Shown: positions 41,748-53,134 of the stretch, in pieces | Layout: the number at the start of each line of letters is the position of its first letter | How positions within the stretch are numbered: the stretch's first letter is position 1 | Origin: Euryarchaeota archaeon UBA439 | GTDB lineage: Archaea; Thermoplasmatota; Poseidoniia; Poseidoniales; Thalassarchaeaceae | NCBI GenBank assembly: GCA_002497245.1 | Contig: DANB01000011.1 | Location: forward strand, 60,612 to 124,611 | Direction of reading: 5' to 3' | Length of the DNA stretch: 64,000 bases | Made by a program: the position numbers and the translations under genes | Notes under the pieces: model-generated | Databases searched by the model: none | What the model was told of the DNA's origin: nothing | Seen by the model: only the letters and a program-made list of their open reading frames with translations

Positions 41748-42680
41748 ATGGGCGACCTTATCACGATGGATGATTTAACAAATGAAGAGATATTGCAAGT
41801 ACTTGATAATGCAAGAAGGTTATTGCCGGTTGCCAAAGGTGAAGCATACTTGCCTTTACTTCAAGGGAAGGTTTTAGGAAATCTATTCTTTGAGAATTCC
41901 ACACGTACTCGAATGTCATTTGAAACTGCTATGAAAAGATTAGGTGGTGAAGTTTTGAATCTAAGTTCCATTGGCTCTTCAGTAGCGAAAGGTGAAACTC
42001 TGTATGATACTATGCAGATGGTAGATGGATACGCAGATATCGCCGTCATTAGACATCCCAACCAAGGGGCTGCTCAATATAGTGCAGATGCTGTTGAAAT
42101 ACCAGTTTTAAATGGTGGAGATGGAGCAGGGAATCATCCAACTCAGACTATGCTAGATTTATTCACAATTCGTGAAGCTCATGGCAGTCTTAAAGATTTG
42201 AATGTAATGATGGTAGGAGACCTTAGATATGGAAGAACAACACATAGCTTATCTCATGCATTAGTCAGATTTGGGGCTAAAATAACTCTAGTTTCGCCTG
42301 ATTCACTTAGAATGCCTGAAGAAATAGTCTCAGATCTGAAGAAACATGGCGGAGATATAAATGAAACAGAAGAAATGTCATCAGCAATTGATTCTGCTGA
42401 TGTAATATATATGACAAGAATACAGAAGGAAAGATTCCCAGATGAAGATGAATACATCAAAGTAGCAGGAATTTATAAATTAACAAAAGATGATCTCTCC
42501 GGAGCTAAAGCAGAAATGATAGTCATGCATCCTCTACCAAGAGTGAATGAATTACATGCTAGTGTTGATTCAACAAGACATGCTAGATATTTCCAGCAAG
42601 CATTTAATGGAGTTCCAACTAGAATGGCTTTACTATGCAGAAGTTTAGGAGTAAAGATTCCAAAGAAGGTGAAGAAATGA
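41748..42680 (+). CDS. pyrB: Aspartate carbamoyltransferase catalytic subunit
   Basis: FFENSTRTR, HPTQ, RIQKER and HPLPR motifs. Confidence 0.97.
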   Translation: MGDLITMDDLTNEEILQVLDNARRLLPVAKGEAYLPLLQGKVLGNLFFENSTRTRMSFETAMKRLGGEVLNLSSIGSSVAKGETLYDTMQMVDGYADIAVIRHPNQGAAQYSADAVEIPVLNGGDGAGNHPTQTMLDLFTIREAHGSLKDLNVMMVGDLRYGRTTHSLSHALVRFGAKITLVSPDSLRMPEEIVSDLKKHGGDINETEEMSSAIDSADVIYMTRIQKERFPDEDEYIKVAGIYKLTKDDLSGAKAEMIVMHPLPRVNELHASVDSTRHARYFQQAFNGVPTRMALLCRSLGVKIPKKVKK

Positions 42681-43144
42681 CTGAAATGAGACGTGTAACT
42701 GCAATTTGTAATGGCACTGCAATCGACCATATACCATCAGGTCATGCTTTACAAGTACTGAAAATGTTGAGATTAGATGTTGGAAGATCTAATCCAATTT
42801 CTATGGTAATGAATGCCCCTAGTGGAAAAATGGGTAGAAAAGATGTTTTGAAAATTGAAGATAGGGAATTAAATCAGGAAGAATTGGATCGTTTAGCTCT
42901 TATTGCCCCAAAGGCATCAGTTGCAATTATTCGAAATTATCATGTCGCAGAGAAAAGAACTATCGAACTTGGTTCAGAATTAATAAACATAGTAAGATGT
43001 TCATTTTCAAATTGTATAACTAAAAACTCTCGTGAGCCTTTACCTCATAAATTAAAGATTATTTCTGCAGAACCTATGGAAATACGATGTTCATATTGTG
43101 GAAAGAATCAAGATATCAATGAAATTGTTGATTTTATAATCTAA
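42677..43144 (+). CDS. pyrI: Aspartate carbamoyltransferase regulatory subunit
   Basis: GTAIDHI, GRKDVLKIE, C...NCIT and CSYC Zn site; ATGA overlap with the pyrB stop. Confidence 0.93.
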   Translation: MTEMRRVTAICNGTAIDHIPSGHALQVLKMLRLDVGRSNPISMVMNAPSGKMGRKDVLKIEDRELNQEELDRLALIAPKASVAIIRNYHVAEKRTIELGSELINIVRCSFSNCITKNSREPLPHKLKIISAEPMEIRCSYCGKNQDINEIVDFII

Positions 43145-44136
43145 TTTTCTTCTAACCAACGTTTCATAGTACAGGCTTGACAAATTTTCCTACTAGTTAT
43201 TTCTCCACATTCCTCACAATTCTTAATTTCTGATTTAATAGGATTGACTTCTTTGTATAACTTACGTATTTGGTCTAAAGAATGCAATAGACCGTGCCTA
43301 GAACCAGGAGTAATTGTTTCCATATCAGCAATTATTCTGCGACTTAATTGCCTCATTGCTCCCGGAGCGTGGGGGCAATCCCCATCATGAATAGGTAAAT
43401 TTGAGGAAATTGCATGAGCATGAATCTCTTGCTCAGGAATCCAGCGCAGAGGAACAACTCTAGGTGCAAGACCCTCGATTGGATCATCAGTATGAGGAGC
43501 CAAACGGACTGATCTCTCGATATTTCCTTTCTGAAAATTCATTATTATTGATTGGGCCATATCATCTAGATTATGCCCCAAAGCCATAATGTCGGCTCCA
43601 ACTTTCTCTGCTAAAGCATTGATTCCTTGTCTTCTAAAAACTCCACAATAAGAACAAGGCATCATACCCTTAGCATCAGGATTATTTTCTCCAATAACAT
43701 CCATTTTATTTACTACATTATCCATCCTATCATAGCCCATTTCTTCATATGACAACGTTTCAAATCTGACATCTAGAGATTCTGAAAGTTCTCTTGCAAG
43801 TTCAAGTGAAGGAGAACGATATCCGTCAATACCCTCGTCTATACAACCAGAAATAATTTCTACATCTCTTCTTTGGCCAATAATATCGACAAGCATACTC
43901 AATAGCACTGCTGAATCCTTGCCTCCTGAAATAGCCACAAATATTCTGAATGGGGTACCATCAGAATGTCGAGCATCTTTGGGTAGGTTAATCTGTAAAC
44001 GTACTTCCTTAGCTACTCTTTTCCTGATTGAAGAAGCTAAATGTTTACCACACAAATGTTGACCACTATATTCCTGAAATAGAATAGATGGTTCCCTACA
44101 TTGACTGCAGGATTGTATCGAGAGCCCCTCGCCCAT
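43141..44136 (-). CDS. tRNA 2-thiolation protein TtuA/Ncs6 (TIGR00269)
   Basis: N-terminal CxxC..CxxH, SGGKDS PP-loop, CSYCGVFRR, GHNLDD, CPH and a C-terminal Zn finger. Confidence 0.92.
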   Translation of the reverse strand: MGEGLSIQSCSQCREPSILFQEYSGQHLCGKHLASSIRKRVAKEVRLQINLPKDARHSDGTPFRIFVAISGGKDSAVLLSMLVDIIGQRRDVEIISGCIDEGIDGYRSPSLELARELSESLDVRFETLSYEEMGYDRMDNVVNKMDVIGENNPDAKGMMPCSYCGVFRRQGINALAEKVGADIMALGHNLDDMAQSIIMNFQKGNIERSVRLAPHTDDPIEGLAPRVVPLRWIPEQEIHAHAISSNLPIHDGDCPHAPGAMRQLSRRIIADMETITPGSRHGLLHSLDQIRKLYKEVNPIKSEIKNCEECGEITSRKICQACTMKRWLEEN

Positions 44137-44183
44137 AATGTGCCGTCAAGTATTCTCCGCTTGAACCCAACGAGTCAAAGATA

Positions 44184-44459
44184 GTGATTAAGCGATGGAT
44201 TGATGACCTCGATGCTCCTGATAGAGGTATGAATGACCACCCCTCCTTAACCAATGGGAAAAAAGTAAGTAGATTTGGTCCTTGGTTACATCGTTTTTTA
44301 GTTTTCATTACTATTTTAATAACAATCTCATTTCAAGAACAAATAGTTCAACTTATACAGCATTTAGATATTGAAAATAATATTATAATCATAGTTATTG
44401 AATTTGCATTAATTATTTCCATCTGGGGAACTCTTCATAAAATGTTACGATTGAGTTAG
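44184..44459 (+). CDS. Small hypothetical membrane protein
   Basis: Fills the intergenic gap; two hydrophobic helices. Confidence 0.5.
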   Translation: MIKRWIDDLDAPDRGMNDHPSLTNGKKVSRFGPWLHRFLVFITILITISFQEQIVQLIQHLDIENNIIIIVIEFALIISIWGTLHKMLRLS

Positions 44460-45649
44460 TTTCTAATTTTTGAAAGGCCTGTCTCAATAACTCCGGTAAG
44501 TCTTTGCCACGGAATTACGAATCTTCCGCCAGCAACAACAATCATGAATAATGACGCTGAAATTACTTTACCATAAGTTAGTTGTAATTCTAAAGACTCC
44601 TTTACTTGACCAGACCACTGAGAACCCTCTAAGAATCCGACGAATGAAATTAAGAAATCATCAAATTCAAGAGCGAGAGCTGTTGTTAAACTTACAACAA
44701 TCATTACTCCAAATAGATGTATTAAATGCCCATTAATAATATTATTAAATTGATTGACATATTCTGGATCATTCTTTGATGCTTCGGGAAGTACAGAAGT
44801 ATACTCGAGATTTGTTATTACTGCTAATCCAGATTCTAAAAATACCAATAATAGTATAGCCACTGTCAATAAATCAAAAGCTAATGGAGAAATTAATCCC
44901 CCAAACAAGGTCGCTTCACCAATCTGAGCAGATAGGGGTCTCAATCCAACATCTACTGCGGTAGTTACTCCTTCAAATGTCAACATTGCATGGATTCCAA
45001 TAACCATCAAAAAGTAACCAGTAGCCCATGTAATCATCCTCTTAGAAAGACCCCAAATTCCCATCAAACCTATAAGAATTGGAGCGAAAACAATACCAAA
45101 AAAGATTAGTTCAAAGAAAAACTCGAACGGGGCTAAAACTAATTCGATATGATTATATTGATCGTCAGCATTTCCTATTGGAAGATAAGGGCCATATGAA
45201 ACCATGCCTATCAACCAAGAAATTAGGAATGGAAGGAGGAACCAAGAGGCCAGAATTATACTTAATGTTCTTTTGATAATTAATTGAGTTCTTTCTCCGC
45301 GTGTTTGCACGAATACCCATAATGCAGTCAAAACAAAACATAGTATCAAAGGCATAGTAAACGCATCAAAACCAGATTCATTAATTCCAGTAATAAAATT
45401 AGGAAGAATAGTATTTCCATTAGATTCCATCCATCTCAAACCTCTAGTATGTTCATATGCTGGACACCAACCATCTGAACCGGAGTTTGCGACAAACTTG
45501 TCGGAACATTCACCATACAATTTACTCATTTTTTGCATTAAAAATAATAGAGAAATTGTAGATAAAGTTTGTAATAGAAGTACTTGCCATCTAAAACGTA
45601 ATTTCTTGATATGGAGGGTTTTTGATTCTGGTACTACATCGATTGCCAT
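44456..45649 (-). CDS. Multi-pass membrane protein
   Basis: Eight or more hydrophobic helices; 13 nt downstream of the DUF58 gene. Confidence 0.75.
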   Translation of the reverse strand: MAIDVVPESKTLHIKKLRFRWQVLLLQTLSTISLLFLMQKMSKLYGECSDKFVANSGSDGWCPAYEHTRGLRWMESNGNTILPNFITGINESGFDAFTMPLILCFVLTALWVFVQTRGERTQLIIKRTLSIILASWFLLPFLISWLIGMVSYGPYLPIGNADDQYNHIELVLAPFEFFFELIFFGIVFAPILIGLMGIWGLSKRMITWATGYFLMVIGIHAMLTFEGVTTAVDVGLRPLSAQIGEATLFGGLISPLAFDLLTVAILLLVFLESGLAVITNLEYTSVLPEASKNDPEYVNQFNNIINGHLIHLFGVMIVVSLTTALALEFDDFLISFVGFLEGSQWSGQVKESLELQLTYGKVISASLFMIVVAGGRFVIPWQRLTGVIETGLSKIRN

Positions 45650-45662
45650 ATTTTTAACCTCC

Positions 45663-46916
45663 CTATACTGTCCTTATTTGCAATAATGCTTGAGATAATT
45701 CAACACTGGGTGTCCAATCTATTACTTTGGCCCCATAGCCTGAAATAGCAGTCAATCGATTTTGTCTTTCCAATTTTAAAACTTCATAGGCCATTCTTGG
45801 AATCCTACTTACAAGCCTCTCAAGATCAATACTACTTGGAGATAAAACAATTACCTCATGGCCCTTACCTGAAAGATTTCTAATTGCAGATAAAGTAGTC
45901 CCATCTCCTTCGAGACTACTAATAATAAATACAGGAGAGCCTCTAGAAATTCTTGGTGAGAGAGCATTAGTTACTGCTTGTAAAGGCATACTCCCTTTCG
46001 ATTCAACTGCAGCCAATTGGCTTAGAACTTTGTAATGTTGCTTATCTCCGGTTTCAGGAGGAAGAAAATCCATTCTTTCACCATAGGTAACCAAAGAAAC
46101 CGAATCTCTTCTCTTGATGAAATAATTGGCGATTGAAGCAGCGGCTACTGTACCCATTTCTAATGGATTCTTTAGCACAGTTCCAATTCTTGCTACGTCA
46201 CGGGTATCGAGAATGATGAAAACGTCTGTTACTGCATCTCTAGTCTTCTCATTAACCATTAATTCCCCAGTTCTAGCAAAAGCTTTCCAATTAATTGAAC
46301 GGAAGGAATCGCCGGGGAAATATTCTCTCAACGCATAAAATTCCATTCCTTGGCCAGGCGTTTTTAGAGTTGTAGCTCCAGTATACATCTTTGGAACATC
46401 AGAACGAATCAAAGCCTCTTCAACATCTCTAACTTGAGGGAATACAGTGATATCTGATCTATCTCCAATACTAGTTTCGGAAACAAATAAATTGAATGTA
46501 TTACGATACCTAATAGATGTCGGACCTATGGTATAGTGCCCCCTTAATGGGCAGCGAACAGTATAACGAATCGTGGCCGTTTGTCCGGGTCCTAGGTTCA
46601 TTCTCATTAGATTGATACCTTTTCTCATTTTCATCTCATGAGGTACATTATCAAAAACCTCTAACTGTTGTGTACGTCGATATGATTTATTTGTTATAGT
46701 TAATACAACATTTATGTCATCTCCTTTGTAAACATTGACAGCAGAAACTTCTCTTTTTATTTCTAAATCTGAATGACCCTCAACCCACCCGTTAATTGCT
46801 AAGAATGAAACGAAAGTCAGACCTACAATCATTAATTGGAAATTAGAAATCATCATACCTATTAGAATCAAGCTTATTCCGCTTGTAAGAATGATAGCAG
46901 CTTTACGAGTCCACAT
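45663..46916 (-). CDS. DUF58 (vWA-like) protein
   Basis: PLRGHY, EFYALREY.PGD..RSINWKA.AR and IILD motifs. Confidence 0.9.
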   Translation of the reverse strand: MWTRKAAIILTSGISLILIGMMISNFQLMIVGLTFVSFLAINGWVEGHSDLEIKREVSAVNVYKGDDINVVLTITNKSYRRTQQLEVFDNVPHEMKMRKGINLMRMNLGPGQTATIRYTVRCPLRGHYTIGPTSIRYRNTFNLFVSETSIGDRSDITVFPQVRDVEEALIRSDVPKMYTGATTLKTPGQGMEFYALREYFPGDSFRSINWKAFARTGELMVNEKTRDAVTDVFIILDTRDVARIGTVLKNPLEMGTVAAASIANYFIKRRDSVSLVTYGERMDFLPPETGDKQHYKVLSQLAAVESKGSMPLQAVTNALSPRISRGSPVFIISSLEGDGTTLSAIRNLSGKGHEVIVLSPSSIDLERLVSRIPRMAYEVLKLERQNRLTAISGYGAKVIDWTPSVELSQALLQIRTV

Positions 46917-48567
46917 ATTCTACCTCCTCTTCAGAATTAGTTGAACCCCACTCCTTGATTCGTTTCACGATTCCAACCAATTCATCGGGCTTATATCTTC
47001 TATCCTCAAAAATGAATTTGGTTAATACTTGGTCATCAATCATTCTTTGTAATTCAGCAGCGGGAAGCGCATCAAACTCTTCTCTTGAAAGCGTATTTAG
47101 ATTTCTTATCCTCGTAAGTAATACCTGCCTTATTTTTTCAGGTTTTTGATAATATTCATACCTCCTAGCATCTCCAAAACCATAGTAAATTATTCTGAAT
47201 ACATGTCTCCAGTTTTCAGGGTCTTCTTTACGAATTAGAACCGCCTCTAAAGTAACGAATAAACCAAGGAATAGTAGTAACATAGCCATCCAATCATTAG
47301 TGAAATAAATCAATAAATAATACATTAAGTTATATGTATCTCCGAATAATGTAGGTTGTTGATGTCTTGATTCATCAAAAATTACAATCGCATTTGAAGT
47401 ACTTTTGGCACTTGAGTTACCAATCAATAAAGATTCAGCAATAATGTCGAGTGCCCACTTTCTATTATCATTTGAAGGAACAACATCGTCTACCCCTGAG
47501 TAAAATGCATCATCATACAATGAATTAGTTAATACTGAACCATCTGCAACAAAATGTACTCTTCCAGAATCTGCCCCTACACACAAACGATCTGCACAAT
47601 AACGAACATAAACAGCAAATGGACCTACTTCGTCTCCATCAATTCCAAATGCAGAAGAACCAATCGTGAGATTGCCGTCATCATTAGTATCTAGATATGA
47701 ATCAAGAGTAGATTTCCCTATATCATATCTATTTTCTACCGGATTATAAGAACCTGCATTGAAAGCAGATGGTTGGTTGGTCAACAAATTATAATTCTCG
47801 GAGAAATCCCATTGTGTTTCAGATATCCATCTGTGAGAGCACAATCCTGCATCTTCCCGAGTAATCCCTGCTGGAAATGTTGTAATATCATAAGGATCAG
47901 TATCTAGTAAATCAATAAAACCATCAGTATCTGTATCTCTAAGACATGGATGAATGCTTGATAAAGAACCAGAATTGGTAGTGAAATTGAAGGCTGATGT
48001 AGTATTTACCCAAATGAAATTGTAATCTAATTCTGTAGCATATGCTTCTCCATCATACAAAGTATGGCCTGAAAATTCTAATCCAAACTGTTCGGCTAAA
48101 GTTGAAGAGTAGCCTTTATCATCCATCAGAAGTACTGTACCTCCTGCTTCAACGAATTCATCGATAGCAAGTATCTCAGAAGTTGTGTAGCCCGAACCCT
48201 CGGATAATTCAATTACATTTTCATCACCTGTAAATCTAGGCAATGAAATAGTATCTTTCTCTACACCAGATATAATGAAAATAGCTTCTTCGGGATGGTC
48301 TATCTCACTCAATAATAGAGGACTTGATACCAATGCAGTTGTATCTACTCCCATGCTATTTATCTCAGCTCTAAACAAACCGAGATCGTTCCAGTCATCT
48401 CCATATGCTGATTGCTGTGTTTGACCATCTGTGACGTAAGTTGCAGCTATTGTAGAAATTAAAAGAATTAATAAAATCCAAAAAGCTCCAATCAACATAT
48501 TACGACGTGCTTTCAGGGTAGTTAATCTACGAGTATAATCGCGAAAATTGGCCATCCTATACCCCAC
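46903..48567 (-). CDS. DUF4350-like membrane-anchored protein
   Basis: SAY..DWN, FVEAGGTVLL.DD, ADGSVLTN and FDESR motifs; N- and C-proximal TMs. Confidence 0.65.
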   Translation of the reverse strand: MGYRMANFRDYTRRLTTLKARRNMLIGAFWILLILLISTIAATYVTDGQTQQSAYGDDWNDLGLFRAEINSMGVDTTALVSSPLLLSEIDHPEEAIFIISGVEKDTISLPRFTGDENVIELSEGSGYTTSEILAIDEFVEAGGTVLLMDDKGYSSTLAEQFGLEFSGHTLYDGEAYATELDYNFIWVNTTSAFNFTTNSGSLSSIHPCLRDTDTDGFIDLLDTDPYDITTFPAGITREDAGLCSHRWISETQWDFSENYNLLTNQPSAFNAGSYNPVENRYDIGKSTLDSYLDTNDDGNLTIGSSAFGIDGDEVGPFAVYVRYCADRLCVGADSGRVHFVADGSVLTNSLYDDAFYSGVDDVVPSNDNRKWALDIIAESLLIGNSSAKSTSNAIVIFDESRHQQPTLFGDTYNLMYYLLIYFTNDWMAMLLLFLGLFVTLEAVLIRKEDPENWRHVFRIIYYGFGDARRYEYYQKPEKIRQVLLTRIRNLNTLSREEFDALPAAELQRMIDDQVLTKFIFEDRRYKPDELVGIVKRIKEWGSTNSEEEVEYVDS

Positions 48568-48643
48568 CTAGTCTATACGACAAAAATCGAGCCTGAACTT
48601 CGACTTAAGATGGTTGTGAACGAATGAACGGTTATGCATCATG

Positions 48644-48886
48644 CTATTCTGATAGTTTAATTACCTTGCCAACACTATCAATCTCTTCAACTGGAACTGA
48701 TAAAAGACCATTTACAGTAGGCCATGGAAGAAGTTGAGGATTGATATCTGGTTCAATCATAACCAGAATATTAGTTATCTGTCCATTTTCAATATCAATA
48801 GTAAAATCTGTAACGCTACCCAATCTATCATCTGCACTATCATGAACTTCACGATTAATGATTTCTCTTCCGAATGTTACCGGCAT
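48644..48886 (-). CDS. PRC-barrel domain protein
   Basis: 80 aa, I.NREVHD...LGSVTDF.ID.ENGQI and VPVEEIDSVGKVI motifs. Confidence 0.82.
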   Translation of the reverse strand: MPVTFGREIINREVHDSADDRLGSVTDFTIDIENGQITNILVMIEPDINPQLLPWPTVNGLLSVPVEEIDSVGKVIKLSE

Positions 48887-48896
48887 TTTATTTCCC

Positions 48897-51128
48897 TCAA
48901 GCGGATTCAATCCCTGAATGGATCTCCGAACTACGTCGAACTGATTCAAGTCCACTAGTTAATCTTGCTTCCATTCTATTGTAATAATCCATCATTTCAT
49001 CATTAATCGTAGGACGGACTCTATTTATTGCCTCTTCAAAATGCTTTTTAGATACACTTTTTTTCTCAGCCCTCATTGAAATTAAAGCAGCTTCTCTACA
49101 TATAGCTTCAATATCTGCACCTGTGTAATTAACTAACTGTGGAGCTAAGTCTTCGATATTGAATTTTCCAAGAGGCATCGGTTCTGAATGAATTTTCAAA
49201 ATTGCCTTAATTGAATCAACATCAGGAGGAGGAATGTGGAGTACTCTTTCGAATCTTCCACTTCTTAGTAATGCGGGATCTATCATTTCTGGACGATTAG
49301 TCGCTGCAACTACAATTACTCCTTCCATTGATTCAACACCATCCATTGAACTTAGTAATTGATTAACTACTCTATTCATCACATCCGAACCTTCACCGGT
49401 ATTACTTCTCCTGACTCCAGCAATGCTCTCAAACTCATCTAAGAAAATTATAGAAGGGCTAGATTGCTTAGCTTTCTTGAATAATTCTCTGACAGCTTTC
49501 TCTGAATCACCTACCCATTTAGAAATTAATTCAGGTCCTTTTATTGTAATGAAATTCGCTTTGGCTTCATTTGCAATTGCCTTAGCAATGAGTGTCTTAC
49601 CAGTACCTGGTGCTCCAAACAGAACTATTCCTCGTGGGGGATTTATACCAAAATGGTCAAACATCTCAGGTCTTGTAAGAGGCCATTCAATACTTTCCTT
49701 CAGTCTTTCCTTGACTTCTTTTAATCCTCCTACTTGATCCCAACTTACTTCGGGGACTTCAAGATATATTTCTCTTAGAGCGCTTGGTTCAATTTCCTTA
49801 ATTGCTAATTTGAAATCTGCCATTCTGACTTCCATCTTTTCAAGTACTTCAGCTGGAATCTGTTCTTCGTCTAAATCAATCTCTGGTAAATATCTTCTAA
49901 GAGCTTTCATTGCAGCTTCTCTAACAAGGGCTGAAATATCTGCTCCTACAAATCCATGAGTATTATCCAATAACCATTCAATTTCAAAATCGTCACTAAT
50001 TGGCATCCCACGGGTATGGATTCCAATAATTTCTGAACGGCCATGCTTATCTGGAACCCCTATCTCTAATTCTCGATCAAATCTCCCTCCGCGACGAAGA
50101 GCTGGATCGATTGCATCAGGACGATTAGTTGCACCAATTACTATGACATTGTCCCTACCTTGCATACCGTCAAGTAAGGTCAATAATTGAGCAACGACTC
50201 TTCTTTCTACTTCACCACTAACATCTTCCCTCTTAGGAGCAATAGAATCTAATTCATCAATGAAAATTATTGCTGGAGAATTAGCAGCTGCTTCATCAAA
50301 TATTTCACGTAATTGTTTTTCACTCTCTCCATAATATTTCGAAATTATCTCGGGTCCGTTTATTGAAGTGAAATTGGCTTTGGTTTCTGATGCAACAGCC
50401 TTCGCAATCAATGTTTTGCCAGTTCCTGGAGGGCCATGTAAAAGAACTCCTCTAGGAGGATCAATTCCCAATCTTCGGAAGAGAATAGGATGCTTCAATG
50501 GAAGTTCGATCATTTCTCTAACTTTCTGAAGTTGCTCACCTATTCCTCCTATATCCTCATATGAAATTGTTGAAATTGGCTGGCCTGATTCATCTTCTTC
50601 ATCAACGGGCTCTTCTTTGATTACTATTTCAGTGTCTGGAAGTACTTGGACTATCCCCTTGGGAGTTGTTTTGACTATCTGAAACGGTAAAGCCTCTGCA
50701 AAAAGAGTCATTCCAGGTATGAATATCCTGTCTCCAGAAACTACCGGTCTCTTATTCAGACCTCTGCGGGCAAAACCCTCAATTCCTGGTCCAAAACGTA
50801 CTTTCTGTTGCTTAGCCATTACAGGACTAAGGATTAATTTCTGACAAGGCTGTGTCTCAACTTTACGAATTGAAACTTTGTCTCCAAGAGAAACACCTGC
50901 ATTTTTCCTAATAATTCCATCTACTCTGATAATACCAAGATTGGCATCTTCAGGACGACACCGCCAAACAATAGCGGCAGTTTTTTGTTCTCCAGTAATC
51001 TCAACAATATCTCCTGGTTTCAGATTCAAATCATTATCAAAAGGTACTCTAGCACGGCCATGCCCTACATCGCTTGGTATCGCCTTTGCTACTCTAAGTT
51101 GTAAGTCATCTACTTCCTCATTTGACAT
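48897..51128 (-). CDS. cdc48: CDC48/VAT AAA+ ATPase
   Basis: N-terminal double-psi barrel and two AAA domains (GPPGTGKT and GAPGTGKT). Confidence 0.97.
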   Translation of the reverse strand: MSNEEVDDLQLRVAKAIPSDVGHGRARVPFDNDLNLKPGDIVEITGEQKTAAIVWRCRPEDANLGIIRVDGIIRKNAGVSLGDKVSIRKVETQPCQKLILSPVMAKQQKVRFGPGIEGFARRGLNKRPVVSGDRIFIPGMTLFAEALPFQIVKTTPKGIVQVLPDTEIVIKEEPVDEEDESGQPISTISYEDIGGIGEQLQKVREMIELPLKHPILFRRLGIDPPRGVLLHGPPGTGKTLIAKAVASETKANFTSINGPEIISKYYGESEKQLREIFDEAAANSPAIIFIDELDSIAPKREDVSGEVERRVVAQLLTLLDGMQGRDNVIVIGATNRPDAIDPALRRGGRFDRELEIGVPDKHGRSEIIGIHTRGMPISDDFEIEWLLDNTHGFVGADISALVREAAMKALRRYLPEIDLDEEQIPAEVLEKMEVRMADFKLAIKEIEPSALREIYLEVPEVSWDQVGGLKEVKERLKESIEWPLTRPEMFDHFGINPPRGIVLFGAPGTGKTLIAKAIANEAKANFITIKGPELISKWVGDSEKAVRELFKKAKQSSPSIIFLDEFESIAGVRRSNTGEGSDVMNRVVNQLLSSMDGVESMEGVIVVAATNRPEMIDPALLRSGRFERVLHIPPPDVDSIKAILKIHSEPMPLGKFNIEDLAPQLVNYTGADIEAICREAALISMRAEKKSVSKKHFEEAINRVRPTINDEMMDYYNRMEARLTSGLESVRRSSEIHSGIESA

Positions 51129-51268
51129 TCCACATACCTCTGAACAATCCCTTGTAGTAATCGGGGGTAGTTAAACCTGTGAACTTGAAGATGTCAAATG
51201 AATAATGGATAAAATCACCATAATCCTTCTTGAGAAGGTTTCTTCATAGAGTTATATTTCGCAGGTAC

Positions 51269-52897
51269 ATGACCAATGTACTCGAAACAGGATTTGAATT
51301 TATGGAAGCCAATAATCCCAATGGTAGTCCGAAGATTAAGGGATACAATATAATTAATGGTGAATTGAAATTATCAAGTGGTGGAGAAACTTTTGATAGT
51401 CTAAATCCAGCACTACTCTCTGACTGTCTTGGAGAGTTCCCACTTTCAAATAAAGAAGACGTACATGAAGCACTAGAAGCTGCAAGAAATGCATTCCCTT
51501 CATGGGCTGCAACACCGGCACCGACTAGAGGACAAATTATAGGAAATATGGGAAGATTGCTGATGCAATACAAAGATGATATTGTAAGAGTTGAAACAAG
51601 AGAGATTGGAAAGACATTGAAAGAAAGTGGAGGAGAAGTTCAGGAAGCAATTGACACCTGTCTATTTTTCCAATCTGAGGGGCGTAGATTATATGGTCAA
51701 ACAGTTAATTCAGAATTACCAGATAAGGAGCTTTTTACTTACAGACGGCCTTTAGGAGTCTGCGGAATAATAAATGCATGTAATTTCCCCTCAGCAGTTC
51801 CTTTTTGGAAAATGATTCCAGCAATAATGTGTGGAAATACATGTGTTTGGAAAAGTCCTCAGGACTCTCCATTATTGTCTTTCATGCTAACTAGAATTAT
51901 GCATGAAGCAGGACTACCAAATGGTGTCATAAACTTGATTCATGGAAAAGGAAGTGGAGCAGGACAACATCTTGTTGATGCTGTAGATCAGGGGTTAGTC
52001 AATAAGATCAGTTTTACTGGTTCTACGTCAGTAGGAAAAATGATTGGAGAAGTTTGTGGTAGAAACTTAGTATCAGCGAGTCTAGAATTAGGTGGTAAAA
52101 ATCCATTAGTTATTATGCCAAGTGCAAATATGGAGAATGCTGTTGAAGGAGCATATTGGGCAGGATTTGGAACAGCGGGTCAACGATGCACCAGCCTCGG
52201 TAATTTGATAATTCATGAAGATATTTATGATGATTTCATTGAAAAATTAATGGAAAAAGTGAGAGCAACAACAATTGGAGATTCGATGGTTCACGACAAT
52301 GTATTGTATGGCCCAATGTTATCTGAAAAATATGCAAATGATTTCATGAGAGATTTAGAATTATGTGAAAAAAGTGGAGCGCGAAAATTATGGGGTAATG
52401 GGAGAATAACCTCCGATAATAGGCCAGAGAATTTCCTTGGCAATCCTGAAGAAGGAGTTTACATGTGGCCACATGTTTATGCAGATGTGACCGAAGAAAT
52501 GGAATGTTTCCATGAAGAAATATTTGGCCCGGTAATCACAATTGTTAAGGCTAAAGATTTCGAACACGCATTACATCTTGCAAATGCATCGCCATATGGA
52601 TTATCAAGTGCAATTTATACCAATGATAGACTGGAGGCATATAGGTACAAATCAGGAATTAAAGCAGGAATGACTGGAATAAATAATTCAACAACTGGTG
52701 CTGAAGCTCATCTTCCTTTTGGTGGAGTAAAAGGTAGCGGTAATGGAACTCGAGAATCTGGAATATGGGTTATTGAATCATATTCATATTGGCATGCAGT
52801 AAATGACGAATTATCAGGTAAGTTGCAACTTGCTCAAATGGATGTAGACGAAATTGAATTGATTGAAGAAGAAGTTGATTATTCTTCTTTGGCATGA
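51269..52897 (+). CDS. Aldehyde dehydrogenase
   Basis: CNFP, FTGS, LELGGKN, GQRC, EEIFGP and HLPFGG motifs. Confidence 0.93.
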   Translation: MTNVLETGFEFMEANNPNGSPKIKGYNIINGELKLSSGGETFDSLNPALLSDCLGEFPLSNKEDVHEALEAARNAFPSWAATPAPTRGQIIGNMGRLLMQYKDDIVRVETREIGKTLKESGGEVQEAIDTCLFFQSEGRRLYGQTVNSELPDKELFTYRRPLGVCGIINACNFPSAVPFWKMIPAIMCGNTCVWKSPQDSPLLSFMLTRIMHEAGLPNGVINLIHGKGSGAGQHLVDAVDQGLVNKISFTGSTSVGKMIGEVCGRNLVSASLELGGKNPLVIMPSANMENAVEGAYWAGFGTAGQRCTSLGNLIIHEDIYDDFIEKLMEKVRATTIGDSMVHDNVLYGPMLSEKYANDFMRDLELCEKSGARKLWGNGRITSDNRPENFLGNPEEGVYMWPHVYADVTEEMECFHEEIFGPVITIVKAKDFEHALHLANASPYGLSSAIYTNDRLEAYRYKSGIKAGMTGINNSTTGAEAHLPFGGVKGSGNGTRESGIWVIESYSYWHAVNDELSGKLQLAQMDVDEIELIEEEVDYSSLA

Positions 52898-52901
52898 TTT
52901 T

Positions 52902-53015
52902 TCATGGAAACATTATTTCTCCACATTCAGGGCAACGAAGTGTAGGAAGCCAAGCTCCGGGCATATAACCACAATTAGGACAAATGGATGATGTGATATC
53001 ACTGAAATCGTCCAT
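52902..53015 (-). CDS. Small CPxCG zinc-finger microprotein (37 aa)
   Basis: MDDFSDITSSICPNCG...RCPECGEIMFP. Confidence 0.6.
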   Translation of the reverse strand: MDDFSDITSSICPNCGYMPGAWLPTLRCPECGEIMFP

Positions 53016-53134
53016 TTTAATCAAACATTGGAAAAACCAAGCCCACATTAATATTCCGCTAGAGATGAATGATTGAGTAAGGGGAAAAAGCAATCACTTA
53101 TTGCCCATCTTTGATTCGCGAGTAGTGCTGGTGC

